Virus record (IMG/VR): IMGVR_UViG_3300043415_000084
Coordinates: 1-59,352 of that record
Direction: 5' to 3' (one strand)
DNA length: 59,352 nucleotides
DNA from: a virus
Lineage: Duplodnaviria > Caudoviricetes
The translations under genes and the position numbers were made by a program. Positions 20,312 through 29,916 of the stretch are shown here, piece by piece. Each line of letters begins with the position of its first letter. Position 1 is the stretch's first letter. The notes beneath the pieces were generated by a model. That model searched no databases and had not been told where the DNA came from. It saw only the letters and a list, made by a program, of their open reading frames with translations.

Positions 20312-21865
20312 ATGGAAGGGTTAGTAAACGACTTCGCCGATCTGTTCTCGGGGAATCTCCGCTCTTACGGGCGCTGGGATCCGACGTCCGGGAACATGTC
20401 TACGGTAAAAGGTGAGGTAACGAACGATCAATACCTCGAGCACCTGGAAGGTGGGATCGGGTTAGGTATAGTACCGGTGACTGATGGTGGTACCTGCAAG
20501 TTCGGGGCAATCGACGTCGATAAACACGAGTCACCGGAGGATATTGATTTCGAGGCGCTCCAGGCCAAGATCAACGAGTACAGGCTCCCGCTGGTGATGT
20601 GCCGGACCAAGCGCGGGGGTGCGCACTTGTATCTCTTCGGCGAAGAATACCTTCCGGCCAAGCAGGTGCGGCGGGTGTTGGGGTCGTGGCGGGACGTGCT
20701 GGGAATTAAGCACAAGACCGAAATCTTCCCGAAGCAAGATTCGCTCGTGACGTCAAGTGGCGAGAAGGCGCTGGGGAACTGGATTAACCTTTGTTATTTT
20801 GACGCCGAGCACACGCTGAGGTATGGATTCGATGACGACTGTAACAAGCTCTCGTTCGATCTCTTCCTGCAGTACGCGCAAAGCAAGCGCGTCACCGTCG
20901 AGCAGCTGGCCGAACTCACGCTTCGTGAGCACCTCGAGGCCCCACCCTGCATCCAGAAGATGATTCACTCGGGGGTCGAGTCGGGTGCCCGGAATGAAGC
21001 GCTGTACAACGTCACCGTGTACCTGAAGAGGGCGAGGCCAGATAACTTCTTCGACGATGCGGTAGCGCTTAACGGAACGATGTTCGACAAGCCCTTGGGT
21101 GCTGCCGAAGCGAAAAAGGTCATTCGCTCCGCCTCGCGTCGCGACTATCTGTACCGGTGCGCGGAGGAGCCCTGCAAGTCGCTTTGCGATCGGAAGGTCT
21201 GCGTGACCCGGGAGTTCGGGATCTCGATGGACGAGAAAAAGGAACTCGACGCGCACGATGCGCTCCCGCAGTTTTCGGAGTTAATCGAGTACCTGTCCGA
21301 TCCTCCTAGGTGGGGCATCCACGTGAATGGGCAGCTGATTTCAAACATTCCGACCGTGGTACTACGCGACCCGAGCCTGATGGGGACGCTGATTTTCGAG
21401 CGCCTCAAGATCAATATCCCGAAGATCACCCTCGATAATTGGCGTTCCCGGGTGCTGGATCCGTTGGTGCCGAATTTACGAACGATCGAGGTGCCGAAGG
21501 AGGCGTCAGCCTCGGGGATCGTTCAAGCGAAATTCGCCGAGTTCGTACAGAAGGCGGATCTGTCCAAGGACGGCAAGGATACGAACGAGCGTAAAGCGTT
21601 GCTTCGCAACATCCCGATCGTGCAGGTCATCGACGGGGTTCGATGCGTGGTGTTCCGAGGGACCGCATTCTCCGAGTATCTGAAGCGTAACAAGGCTGAG
21701 GTCCAGACCGGCATGGATCTGTGGACGACGCTGCGGCGCGATTGCAATGCTTCGCACGACAAAATTCGCGTACCGGGTGGCAAGACCCTGAACGTCTGGT
21801 ACGCCCCAATCACCGAGGAATATGAGGTCAAGGTCGATGAGCCCGAATTTACCACCGAATTCTAA
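20312..21865 (+). CDS. Primase / primase-polymerase (AEP-like N-terminus plus PriCT-like domain)
   Basis: FGAIDVD and GGAHLY catalytic-type motifs; PPCI..GARNEALYN PriCT-like segment; Cys cluster C.EEPCKSLC...C. Confidence 0.75.
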   Translation: MEGLVNDFADLFSGNLRSYGRWDPTSGNMSTVKGEVTNDQYLEHLEGGIGLGIVPVTDGGTCKFGAIDVDKHESPEDIDFEALQAKINEYRLPLVMCRTKRGGAHLYLFGEEYLPAKQVRRVLGSWRDVLGIKHKTEIFPKQDSLVTSSGEKALGNWINLCYFDAEHTLRYGFDDDCNKLSFDLFLQYAQSKRVTVEQLAELTLREHLEAPPCIQKMIHSGVESGARNEALYNVTVYLKRARPDNFFDDAVALNGTMFDKPLGAAEAKKVIRSASRRDYLYRCAEEPCKSLCDRKVCVTREFGISMDEKKELDAHDALPQFSELIEYLSDPPRWGIHVNGQLISNIPTVVLRDPSLMGTLIFERLKINIPKITLDNWRSRVLDPLVPNLRTIEVPKEASASGIVQAKFAEFVQKADLSKDGKDTNERKALLRNIPIVQVIDGVRCVVFRGTAFSEYLKRNKAEVQTGMDLWTTLRRDCNASHDKIRVPGGKTLNVWYAPITEEYEVKVDEPEFTTEF

Positions 21866-23576
21866 TGAAACGAGTATTGATTATGATCCCAAAACCGGAC
21901 GCTTCGTCGTCTCCTCTCCGCCTTGGCTTCTTGAAAAAGTGCGACAGATTCCTAATCGTCGCTGGGATTCTCGTCGAAGAGTATGGACTGCTCCTGCACT
22001 CCGTGCTAATGCTGAATATATACTCGGGGCTTTTCAAAGCCGTTGTTTTACTGACCGAGCTTCTGCTGCGGCTCAAGCGGCTCTCGAGAAATCCCGTCCT
22101 GTTCAGGGATCTATGTTCCCGGCTGGTTACACTTTCCGAACGACTCCTCGGCCATATCAGAGGGAAGCTCTTAATCGCGCATTCGACAAAAATGTCTTTG
22201 CATATTATATGGACATGGGTACAGGGAAAACGAAGGTCTCTCTGGACCTCTTAGGCGCACTCTTCCTTGACCAGAAAGTCGACCGGTTGCTTGTAGTCAC
22301 CAAGTTCACGACCCGTAAGAATTGGGAGCGCGAGATCGGCATTCACCTACCCTTCGAAGCCGATGTCTTGGTGCTGGATACCACGAAGCCGAAACTCTTC
22401 CAGAATTGGAACACGACCGGCGATAAATTCAAGATCTTGATCGTCGGTACCGAATCCCTCGCCGCAGGGTCAGCGGTGAATTATGCTGATGCGTTTCTGA
22501 TGGTCTCCACTCGCGCCGCGATGGTGGTGGACGAGGCGCATATGATTAAGAATCACTCGGCGGTGAGAAGTAAAACTTGTGTCTCGCTCGGGCGTAAGGC
22601 TGAATATCGGTTCATCATGACCGGCACCCCGGTGGCGAATGGCCCAATGGACGTGTTCATGCAGTTCGAATTCCTGGATCCGAATATAATCGGGATCGGA
22701 GATTTCTATTCGTTCCGGAATCGCTACGCGGTGATGGGCGGGTACGAGGGGAAGGAGATCGTCGGGTACCAGAATCTCGATGAATTGATCGAGCTAATTT
22801 CGCCCTTCATCTTCCAGGTGCGGAAGTCCGAGGTGTTGACCGAGTTACCACCGAAGGTGTTCGCGGTGCGCGAAGTGCAGATGACTGATGAGCAAAAAAG
22901 ACTATATAGACAGATTTCTAAAGAAGATAAAGCAGTATCTGGAGATCGGGGTATCACCGTTAAGTCCGTGCTCGAGCGAATGCTCAGACTACAAGAGATC
23001 TGTGGCGGGATCATTGCGTACGAGCGAAATCCTGGCCTTTACAACCCGGACAAGTACGAGCATTGTCGTATCCCGGGTAAGAATCCGAAGGTCGAAGAGC
23101 TAAAGGCGATTATTGAGGAGACCGAGGGCGCGGTGATCGTCTGGTGCCGGTTCCTGGAGGAAATCGCGATGGTGAGCGAGGCCTTACGCGAGACTTACGG
23201 GCGGAGATCGGTGGTTGAGATTCACGGCGGGATCGGGGAGCAGCAGCGGGACGATAACGTCCAGGCGTTTCAGCGGGGTGAGGCGCGATTTTTGGTCGGT
23301 AACGCCGCGACCGGTGGGGTGGGGCTCAATATGACCCGGGCAGAGACCGTGATTTATTTCTCGAATTCGTTCTCCTTCACCGATCGCGACCAGTCCGAAG
23401 ATCGGGCGCACCGGATAGGACAGACGAAGTCGGTGACCTACATTGATTTGGTGTGCGAGGGGTCGGTGGACGAGATCGTGCTCGATGCACTACGCAGTAA
23501 GAAGGACGTCTCCGAGTACGTACGCCGGAGCATTAACGATGCAAACGAAGATATCTTACGCCGATTACTCTCCTAG
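21837..23576 (+). CDS. SNF2-family (SF2) helicase
   Basis: MDMGTGKT, DEAH, MTGTP, GGVGLN, QSEDRAHRIGQ motifs; start 21822 or 21837. Confidence 0.92.
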   Translation: MSPNLPPNSNETSIDYDPKTGRFVVSSPPWLLEKVRQIPNRRWDSRRRVWTAPALRANAEYILGAFQSRCFTDRASAAAQAALEKSRPVQGSMFPAGYTFRTTPRPYQREALNRAFDKNVFAYYMDMGTGKTKVSLDLLGALFLDQKVDRLLVVTKFTTRKNWEREIGIHLPFEADVLVLDTTKPKLFQNWNTTGDKFKILIVGTESLAAGSAVNYADAFLMVSTRAAMVVDEAHMIKNHSAVRSKTCVSLGRKAEYRFIMTGTPVANGPMDVFMQFEFLDPNIIGIGDFYSFRNRYAVMGGYEGKEIVGYQNLDELIELISPFIFQVRKSEVLTELPPKVFAVREVQMTDEQKRLYRQISKEDKAVSGDRGITVKSVLERMLRLQEICGGIIAYERNPGLYNPDKYEHCRIPGKNPKVEELKAIIEETEGAVIVWCRFLEEIAMVSEALRETYGRRSVVEIHGGIGEQQRDDNVQAFQRGEARFLVGNAATGGVGLNMTRAETVIYFSNSFSFTDRDQSEDRAHRIGQTKSVTYIDLVCEGSVDEIVLDALRSKKDVSEYVRRSINDANEDILRRLLS

Positions 23577-23606
23577 TGGTATAATAGGGGTCTGCTACAT
23601 AGAGGA
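23577..23606 (+). promoter_or_regulatory. Extended -10 promoter plus ATAGAGGA RBS
   Basis: TGG-TATAAT (23580-23585), weak -35; RBS 23599-23606. Confidence 0.5.
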
Positions 23607-23614
23607 ATAGAGCG

Positions 23615-23962
23615 ATGTCATCCCGAGTATTCGTGACTCAAGAGGTCACCACTGCGAACTACACCGATCTGGACCGGTGGGGCGAGTCAGTATTCTTAAC
23701 CGCGTCTGAGGTGTCGAATGTACGAACTTCGGTCCATAACCGTAAACTGGTACACGTCATCCGGTCGAAGCTCGAGACCTTTGACCCAAAGCGTGACTAT
23801 ATCGCGCCGTCTGGATCCCCAATTGTCACGGGGATTGTATTCGCTGTACTGGCAGCTCAGGGCGTCCGCGAATTCCCAGTGCTTAAATGGAATAACCGAG
23901 ACCGGATATACACTCTGGTGCTTGTAGAAATCGATAAATCGGAGGTGGAAGATGTCATCTGA
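23615..23962 (+). CDS. Hypothetical protein
   Basis: Strong RBS; inside the replication module. Confidence 0.7.
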   Translation: MSSRVFVTQEVTTANYTDLDRWGESVFLTASEVSNVRTSVHNRKLVHVIRSKLETFDPKRDYIAPSGSPIVTGIVFAVLAAQGVREFPVLKWNNRDRIYTLVLVEIDKSEVEDVI

Positions 23963-24395
23963 AGACGCATTGAATGCTGAATTCCGGATCTACGATGGTC
24001 TCAAGCTCACGGAGCTAATCATTCGCATGCACGAGATCCAGGGTAAGAAGGATCGGCTCGAGGCGCAGGTGAAGGATCTTAATAAGCATTTCGACTTCTT
24101 GCGCATCACCAAGATTCCGGCGCAGATGGAAGAGGACGGGATCGATCGCATTAATGTCACCGGCGTGGGCCGGGTGTCGCTTACCGCAGACATGCACGTG
24201 TCGATCAAGGCGGAAAAGAAAGGCGACTTTTACCAGTGGCTTCGCGACAACGGACGGTCGGATCTGATCGCCGAGACCGTGAATCCGTCGACACTAAAAG
24301 CTACAGTCAAGAATATGGTCAAGACCGGCGAGGCGTACCCGGATGAGCTTTTGAACGTCTCCCCCTTCACCCGTGCCTCGATTACGAAGGCATAA
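23952..24395 (+). CDS. Conserved phage replication-module protein (coiled coil; WLRDNG..DLI..TVNP.TL)
   Basis: GGAGG RBS; motif pattern typical of the gene preceding phage ssDNA-binding proteins. Confidence 0.6.
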   Translation: MSSEDALNAEFRIYDGLKLTELIIRMHEIQGKKDRLEAQVKDLNKHFDFLRITKIPAQMEEDGIDRINVTGVGRVSLTADMHVSIKAEKKGDFYQWLRDNGRSDLIAETVNPSTLKATVKNMVKTGEAYPDELLNVSPFTRASITKA

Positions 24396-24464
24396 CACCG
24401 AATTCGGCGCAAGCCGGATACTGGCGGGGCTTCCCGTCTGTTAATTGTAATGGAGTAATTGCAA

Positions 24465-25214
24465 ATGGCGAAAGCTAAAGAGTTAGTAACTACCGCGAAG
24501 AGCGAATTCGATATTATCACTACGGACGCTCCCGATTGGCTCCCGACCGGCACCACGCGTGGGACGGAGAACATTACGACGGACGATATGATTATTCCTC
24601 GAATCGAGGTGATCCAAGCGCTCTCTCCTGCGCGGAACAAAAAGGACTCCTCCTACATCGAGGGGGCCGAAGAGGGGATGCTGTTCAATAACGTCACTCG
24701 TGAGCTTTACGGCGAGTCGGTCACCGTTATTCCGGTGTTCTACACCAAACAGTACCTAATTTGGAAGGATCGCAAGCTCGGGGGTGGTGGCAGTAACGGG
24801 TTCCGTGGTGCATTCAACACCCGCGAGGACGCGTTGGCCGAAATCTCGAAGCTCGGCGAGGATGGACTTGAGGCTATTGATACCGCGCAGCATTTTGTAC
24901 TCGTGCACCACCTGGGGCAGGTCACCGAGGCCGTGCTCTCGATGAGCAAGTCCAAGATGAAGGTGAGCAAGCGTTGGAATTCGTTGGTACGCATGACCAA
25001 CATGGATTCGTTTGCTCGTGCTTACACGCTGTCTTCGGTCGAAGAGACTAACGCACGGAACGAGTCTTACTACAACTTCAACATCGCACCGTTGGGGTTC
25101 GTGAGTAAACCGCTTTACGACCGGGCGCTGCAGCTCTTCACCACAATCAAGTCCGGCGGCGTGAAGGTCAGCAATGACTACGATGCGGCTGACGTTGGCG
25201 AAACCGAGTACTAA
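24465..25214 (+). CDS. Putative ssDNA-binding / annealing protein
   Basis: G.EN...DM.IPRI..IQALSP..YIEGA..G..FN pattern, acidic C-terminal tail, next to helicase. Confidence 0.55.
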   Translation: MAKAKELVTTAKSEFDIITTDAPDWLPTGTTRGTENITTDDMIIPRIEVIQALSPARNKKDSSYIEGAEEGMLFNNVTRELYGESVTVIPVFYTKQYLIWKDRKLGGGGSNGFRGAFNTREDALAEISKLGEDGLEAIDTAQHFVLVHHLGQVTEAVLSMSKSKMKVSKRWNSLVRMTNMDSFARAYTLSSVEETNARNESYYNFNIAPLGFVSKPLYDRALQLFTTIKSGGVKVSNDYDAADVGETEY

Positions 25215-26635
25215 TGCACGTTCGGGCCATCTACGGTCCTCCTGGCACCGGTAAGACCACGGAGTTGCTGCGATTAGTGCAGCACACGCGCGAGACCGGT
25301 GTCCAGGCCGAGCGGATAGCGTTTCTGTCGTTCACCCGTGCGGCGGCGAGTGAGGCGTTATCTAGGCTCGGCCTGAAGAGGTCCGATAACGTATCCACGA
25401 TTCACGCGATGGCGTTTCGCTCCTTGGGATTGAAGCAAGCCCAGGTGGTGGACCATATTAAGTTGCGTGAATTCTCGAAAGTCACCGGTATTCCGATCGT
25501 CGGCAAGTCCCCCGAGGACGATGAAGAGCGCACCGATGGGGACGCCTACTTGGATCTGCTGAACTATGCGCGAAACACCTTCAGTCACCCTTCCGAAGTC
25601 TACGAGATTTCGGATCGTCCGGGCACTCGTGCAGAATATGAAATGTTCGTCTCGGCGTACGCGAACTGGAAGAAGACCTACGGCTACTACGACTTCACCG
25701 ACATGCTCGAGAGGGCCAGCGCCGGAGCTGTTCGACAGGGAATTGAGGTCCTATTCGTCGACGAGGCACAAGACCTTTCACCTCTGCAGTGGCGTGTTAT
25801 TGAGCGGCTCGCAAAACGCGCACATCAAGTCTTTGTCGCGGGGGATGATGACCAAGCAATATATGCTTGGTCGGGCGCTGATCCACACGGTATGGCAAAA
25901 TTCTGCGCGAAGCACAAGGGTGATAGCGTTGTGCTCTCGCTCTCGCATCGACTTCCTGTTGCAGTGCACCAAAAGTCCCAGTCTCTCATTCGTCGAGTCC
26001 TTTTCCGCGTGGATAAGGAGTTCGATTCTTGTGGACGCCCAGGCACAGTACGGAACCATGGGTCAATGGCGTCGATTGATGTTGAACACGGCGAGGATAC
26101 GCTGGTTTTGGCACGGACGCATTCAATCCTGCGTGAAGCTGAAAACGCGCTCATCGACCGCCGCATCCCCTACGTTCGGGAGTCGGGCCGTCCGGGAATG
26201 TTCCAGAATCGGTATGCCATTGGCCTTCGATCATACAACAAGATTCGCGACGGAAAACGTCTATCAGACTCTGATCGATCGGCTCTCTTTGCAGTGGGAT
26301 CAGCAGAGACAAAGGCAGCGCTTGAAAGAAACGATTACATGGCGATCGTCGCGTCCCCTTTCTACATTGCGATCGAAATGCCGCACCGTGTCATTGATTA
26401 CTACCAGGAGGTCGACATCGATGTGGAGCCTACTATTCGACTCTCCACTATTCACGCAGCTAAAGGCCATGAGGCGGATCGCGTCATCGTACTTACGGAT
26501 ATGACGAATCGCGTGGCGGACAGTGCTCATGCTAAGCCGGACGACGAGATCCGGGTATGGTATGTGGCGCTAACGCGAAGCAAAGACGTACTGGATATCG
26601 TGGAGGGCTACAATGGCTATAACCTAGATAATTGA
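25214..26635 (+). CDS. UvrD/Rep-like SF1 helicase
   Basis: GPPGTGKT, DEAQDLS, AGDDDQAIY, TIHAAKG.E, YVALTR motifs. Confidence 0.92.
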   Translation: MHVRAIYGPPGTGKTTELLRLVQHTRETGVQAERIAFLSFTRAAASEALSRLGLKRSDNVSTIHAMAFRSLGLKQAQVVDHIKLREFSKVTGIPIVGKSPEDDEERTDGDAYLDLLNYARNTFSHPSEVYEISDRPGTRAEYEMFVSAYANWKKTYGYYDFTDMLERASAGAVRQGIEVLFVDEAQDLSPLQWRVIERLAKRAHQVFVAGDDDQAIYAWSGADPHGMAKFCAKHKGDSVVLSLSHRLPVAVHQKSQSLIRRVLFRVDKEFDSCGRPGTVRNHGSMASIDVEHGEDTLVLARTHSILREAENALIDRRIPYVRESGRPGMFQNRYAIGLRSYNKIRDGKRLSDSDRSALFAVGSAETKAALERNDYMAIVASPFYIAIEMPHRVIDYYQEVDIDVEPTIRLSTIHAAKGHEADRVIVLTDMTNRVADSAHAKPDDEIRVWYVALTRSKDVLDIVEGYNGYNLDN

Positions 26636-26660
26636 CAGATAATCCCACGAGTGATATAAT
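26632..26660 (+). promoter_or_regulatory. Consensus sigma70 promoter driving the SSB-like/dpoZ/purZ/mazZ/datZ operon
   Basis: TTGACA-17bp-TATAAT; ATAGAGGA RBS at 26676. Confidence 0.85.
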
Positions 26661-26687
26661 AGACCCTTCACCACTATAGAGGACTAC

Positions 26688-26963
26688 ATGAAACAGTACG
26701 ACAACACCAATTCCGGGCTGCTGATGCGGAACGAGAATCGCACCACGGACTCGCACCCCGAGTTCACCGGATCGCTCAACGTCGAGGGCCGGGACTTCTG
26801 GGTATCCGCCTGGGTCAATACCGGCAAGCCCGGGTCCAAGATCGAGGGAAAGCGTTACTTCTCGATTAAGCTCTCCCCGAAGGATGCGCCCAATCGCGGG
26901 AACACGGGTCGCAAGAACGCGGCGACGGATTTCGACGATATAGACGACGAAATCCCATTTTGA
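26688..26963 (+). CDS. Small ssDNA-binding-like protein with SSB-type tail
   Basis: HPEFTGS..V.G..FWVSAW core; C-terminal DDIDDEIPF mimics the bacterial SSB tail. Confidence 0.65.
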   Translation: MKQYDNTNSGLLMRNENRTTDSHPEFTGSLNVEGRDFWVSAWVNTGKPGSKIEGKRYFSIKLSPKDAPNRGNTGRKNAATDFDDIDDEIPF

Positions 26964-28801
26964 TGAATATCCCACGCATTGACGGCCAGATCCCCTACTT
27001 GGTGGTAGATACCGAGACCACCGGGCTCAAGTGGTGGGAGGACCATGTGTTTGGGGTCTCTATCGCACTTCCCGATGGCACCGCTGGGTATTGGGACGTA
27101 CGGGCGACTCCGAAGATCCTGGATTGGATGGTCGACCTGATCGCCGAGGATCGCGTGGGCGTCTGGGTCGGGCATAATTTCAAGTTCGACCTGCACTTCC
27201 TGCGCGAAGCCCGAGTCGGAATCCCAACCGATCGGATCGATTGCACGATGATTCGGGCGGCGCTAATTAACGAGCATGAGCCGACTTATGGACTCGATTT
27301 TTTGGCACGGAAGTACGTCGGGGCGCAGAAAGACACGGAGATCTACGATGAACTGGCGAAGCTGTTTGGGGGTCGTGCTACACGCAACGCGCAGATGCCG
27401 AACATTTCACGCGCTCCTCAGGAGGTCGTGGCGCGGTATGCAATCCAGGATGCGGTAGTCACCCGGCAGCTATACCTGTGGCAGCGGAGCGAGATCGAGA
27501 AGCAGAATCTTCATCGAGTGCACAGGCTCGAGCGGGATCTGATGCCCGTTATTATCGACATGGAGACCGAGGGAGTGCGGGTCGACGTCGATATGGCCGA
27601 GAGGGCCTCTCGTCACCTCACGAAGCGCATCAACGATATGCAGCGGGATCTTAATAGGGAGGCCGGGTTCGAGATCAACCCGAACCCTTCCGGATCGATC
27701 GCGCAGCTATTCAAGCCGACCCTGGGTGAGGACAATGAGTGGTACCTGATCGATGGCACCCGGGCCGGGAAGACCGACGGCGGCAAGGCGTCGATCGATG
27801 CCGATTGTCTACGTCGCATGAAGCATCCGGCGGCGAAGATGATTCTCGATCTCCGCAAAATGCTCAAGACCCGAGACACTTTCATTCAGGGTCATATCCT
27901 CGGGCACCAGCAGGACGGGGTGATTCACTGCAATTATAACCAGACCAAGAACGATTCGGAAGCGGGGACCGGCACCGGGCGACTCTCGATCACCAATCCT
28001 GCGCTACAGCAAATCCCGTCGCGGGACGTGGCGATCAAATCGCTCGTGCGTCCGATCTTCAAGGCGGATCACGGCGCGAAATGGCTAGGTCTCGATTGGT
28101 CGCAATTCGAATTTCGGGTTGCGAACCATTATGGGCAGGTACCGTCCATTCTGGAGGCCTACCGCGAGAATCCGAATCTGGATTTTCACCAATTGGTCTC
28201 CGACATGACCGGCATCCCGAGGAACGCGCAGTACGCGGGGGGACCCTCCTCGAAAGCCATTAATCTTGGACTCGCCTTCAATATGGGGTCCGGGCGACTG
28301 GCCCAAGAGTGCGGACTACCCTACACCGAGGAGACCGGGCCGAATGGGAATCTGTACCTGAAGGCGGGACCCGAAGCGATGGAACTCTTCGAGCGGTACC
28401 ATGCGGCGAACCCCGGGATGCGGAATATGGCGAACAAGGCGAGTTCGATCGCCAAAGAGCGCGGGTACGTGCACTCGATCATGGGGCGGCATATTCGGTT
28501 CCCGGGTGGGCAGTTCGTGCACAAGGCGTCGGGGCTGATTTACCAAGCGACTTCCGCCGACTGCATGAAAATGAAGCTCATCGAGCTGCACCGTTATCTC
28601 ACCGGTCACGGGGTGGGGCGATTGCTGCTGTCCGTGCACGACGAGGTCGGGATCTCGCTCGATAAGGACTCGCTGGATCACGCGGACAAGATCGCGCAGA
28701 TTTACACTACATTTGATGGAATCGATTGCCCGATCAAGCTCCGGGTACCGATTACCTGTGATTGGGGCTTGGGTGAAGACTGGTACGAGGCAAAAGGATG
28801 A
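26960..28801 (+). CDS. dpoZ: Family A DNA polymerase, DpoZ-type (3'-5' exonuclease + polymerase)
   Basis: DTETTG, GHNFKFD, TGRLS..NP.LQQIP, DWSQFEFR, KAINLGLAFNMG, VHDE; ATGA-coupled to purZ. Confidence 0.8.
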   Translation: MMNIPRIDGQIPYLVVDTETTGLKWWEDHVFGVSIALPDGTAGYWDVRATPKILDWMVDLIAEDRVGVWVGHNFKFDLHFLREARVGIPTDRIDCTMIRAALINEHEPTYGLDFLARKYVGAQKDTEIYDELAKLFGGRATRNAQMPNISRAPQEVVARYAIQDAVVTRQLYLWQRSEIEKQNLHRVHRLERDLMPVIIDMETEGVRVDVDMAERASRHLTKRINDMQRDLNREAGFEINPNPSGSIAQLFKPTLGEDNEWYLIDGTRAGKTDGGKASIDADCLRRMKHPAAKMILDLRKMLKTRDTFIQGHILGHQQDGVIHCNYNQTKNDSEAGTGTGRLSITNPALQQIPSRDVAIKSLVRPIFKADHGAKWLGLDWSQFEFRVANHYGQVPSILEAYRENPNLDFHQLVSDMTGIPRNAQYAGGPSSKAINLGLAFNMGSGRLAQECGLPYTEETGPNGNLYLKAGPEAMELFERYHAANPGMRNMANKASSIAKERGYVHSIMGRHIRFPGGQFVHKASGLIYQATSADCMKMKLIELHRYLTGHGVGRLLLSVHDEVGISLDKDSLDHADKIAQIYTTFDGIDCPIKLRVPITCDWGLGEDWYEAKG

Positions 28802-29913
28802 AGAAAATAGATTTGGTCATTGACCTTCAATTCGGCAGCACGGGCAAGGGGCTGATCGTCGGCACTCTGGCGACCTACGAGGGATACGACACGGTGATCA
28901 CCGCGTGGGCACCCAACGCGGGGCATACGTTCATTGACGCCAAAGGGCGTAAATTCGTGCATACACATTTGGCGAATGGAATCGTCGCCCCCTACCTGCG
29001 TAGGGTGTTACTGGGCCCAGGCTCGGTGATTAATCCGGCGCAGCTCCTGGCCGAGATCGAACAGTGCAGGGATATAATCGACGCGAAAAATATCCAGATC
29101 CTTATCCATCCGCATGCAGCGGTGGTGACTGAGGAGCACTTGGAGGAAGAGGCGCAAAGCATGACGGCGATCGGCTCGACCAAGAAGGGTGTGGGTGCGG
29201 CGATGATTTCTCGGATCCGTCGTCAGCCGAACAAACCCGCCGTCGCGAAGGACTTCCTGGAGCTTGCGTCTATGGTGTGCACCACCGCGCAGTACCAACG
29301 GGCGATCCGAGATTCGGAGCACATTCTGATCGAAGGTGCGCAGGGCGTGGGCCTTTCCATGTACCACGGCTTCTACCCCTACACCACCTCGCGGGATGTG
29401 AGCACCTTCCAAATCCTGGCCGACTGTGGGATCCCGGCCACACTCTTCAACGAGGCCTCCTGTCGAGTGATTGGTACAGCGCGTACATATCCGATCCGGG
29501 TGGCGAACCGGTACGATTCGGAGGGCAGGCAGGTGGGGTACAGCGGACCGGCGCATCTGGATCAAAAGGAAATCTCATTCGAGGAGATCGGCCAGCCGAT
29601 CGAACTCACCACGGTGACCAAGCTCCCGAGGCGCATTTTCACGTTCAGCCGTGACCAGATCCACGAGGCGATCGACCTGTCGGGCGCGAGCGAGGTGTTC
29701 TTGAACTTCGCGAATTACGTGCAGGACGAGCAATACCTGCTCCATATCGTGAACTCTATTGAAGAGACCGGCGCTAGGGTAAAATGGCTGGGTCTCGGTC
29801 CCGATATCCACTCGGTGGTGCTGCTGTCCGAGGGTGAGAACTACACGGCGAGACGTAAAGAGATCGTATCCAAATGGCAGCGCTACAAATTCCGCAACAA
29901 GGCTGGAGCTTAA
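28798..29913 (+). CDS. purZ: PurZ, N6-succino-2-amino-deoxyadenylate synthase (PurA paralogue)
   Basis: DLQFGSTGKG (Ser in place of the PurA GDEGKG Asp), PNAGHT, EGAQG, YPYTTSR, YPIRV, TTVTKLPRR, NFAN. Confidence 0.93.
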   Translation: MKKIDLVIDLQFGSTGKGLIVGTLATYEGYDTVITAWAPNAGHTFIDAKGRKFVHTHLANGIVAPYLRRVLLGPGSVINPAQLLAEIEQCRDIIDAKNIQILIHPHAAVVTEEHLEEEAQSMTAIGSTKKGVGAAMISRIRRQPNKPAVAKDFLELASMVCTTAQYQRAIRDSEHILIEGAQGVGLSMYHGFYPYTTSRDVSTFQILADCGIPATLFNEASCRVIGTARTYPIRVANRYDSEGRQVGYSGPAHLDQKEISFEEIGQPIELTTVTKLPRRIFTFSRDQIHEAIDLSGASEVFLNFANYVQDEQYLLHIVNSIEETGARVKWLGLGPDIHSVVLLSEGENYTARRKEIVSKWQRYKFRNKAGA

Positions 29914-29916
29914 AAG

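Noticed and set aside
28798-29913. Ordinary PurA auxiliary metabolic gene
   Set aside because: GSTGKG rather than GDEGKG, no TKLD motif, and mazZ/datZ/polA context indicate PurZ
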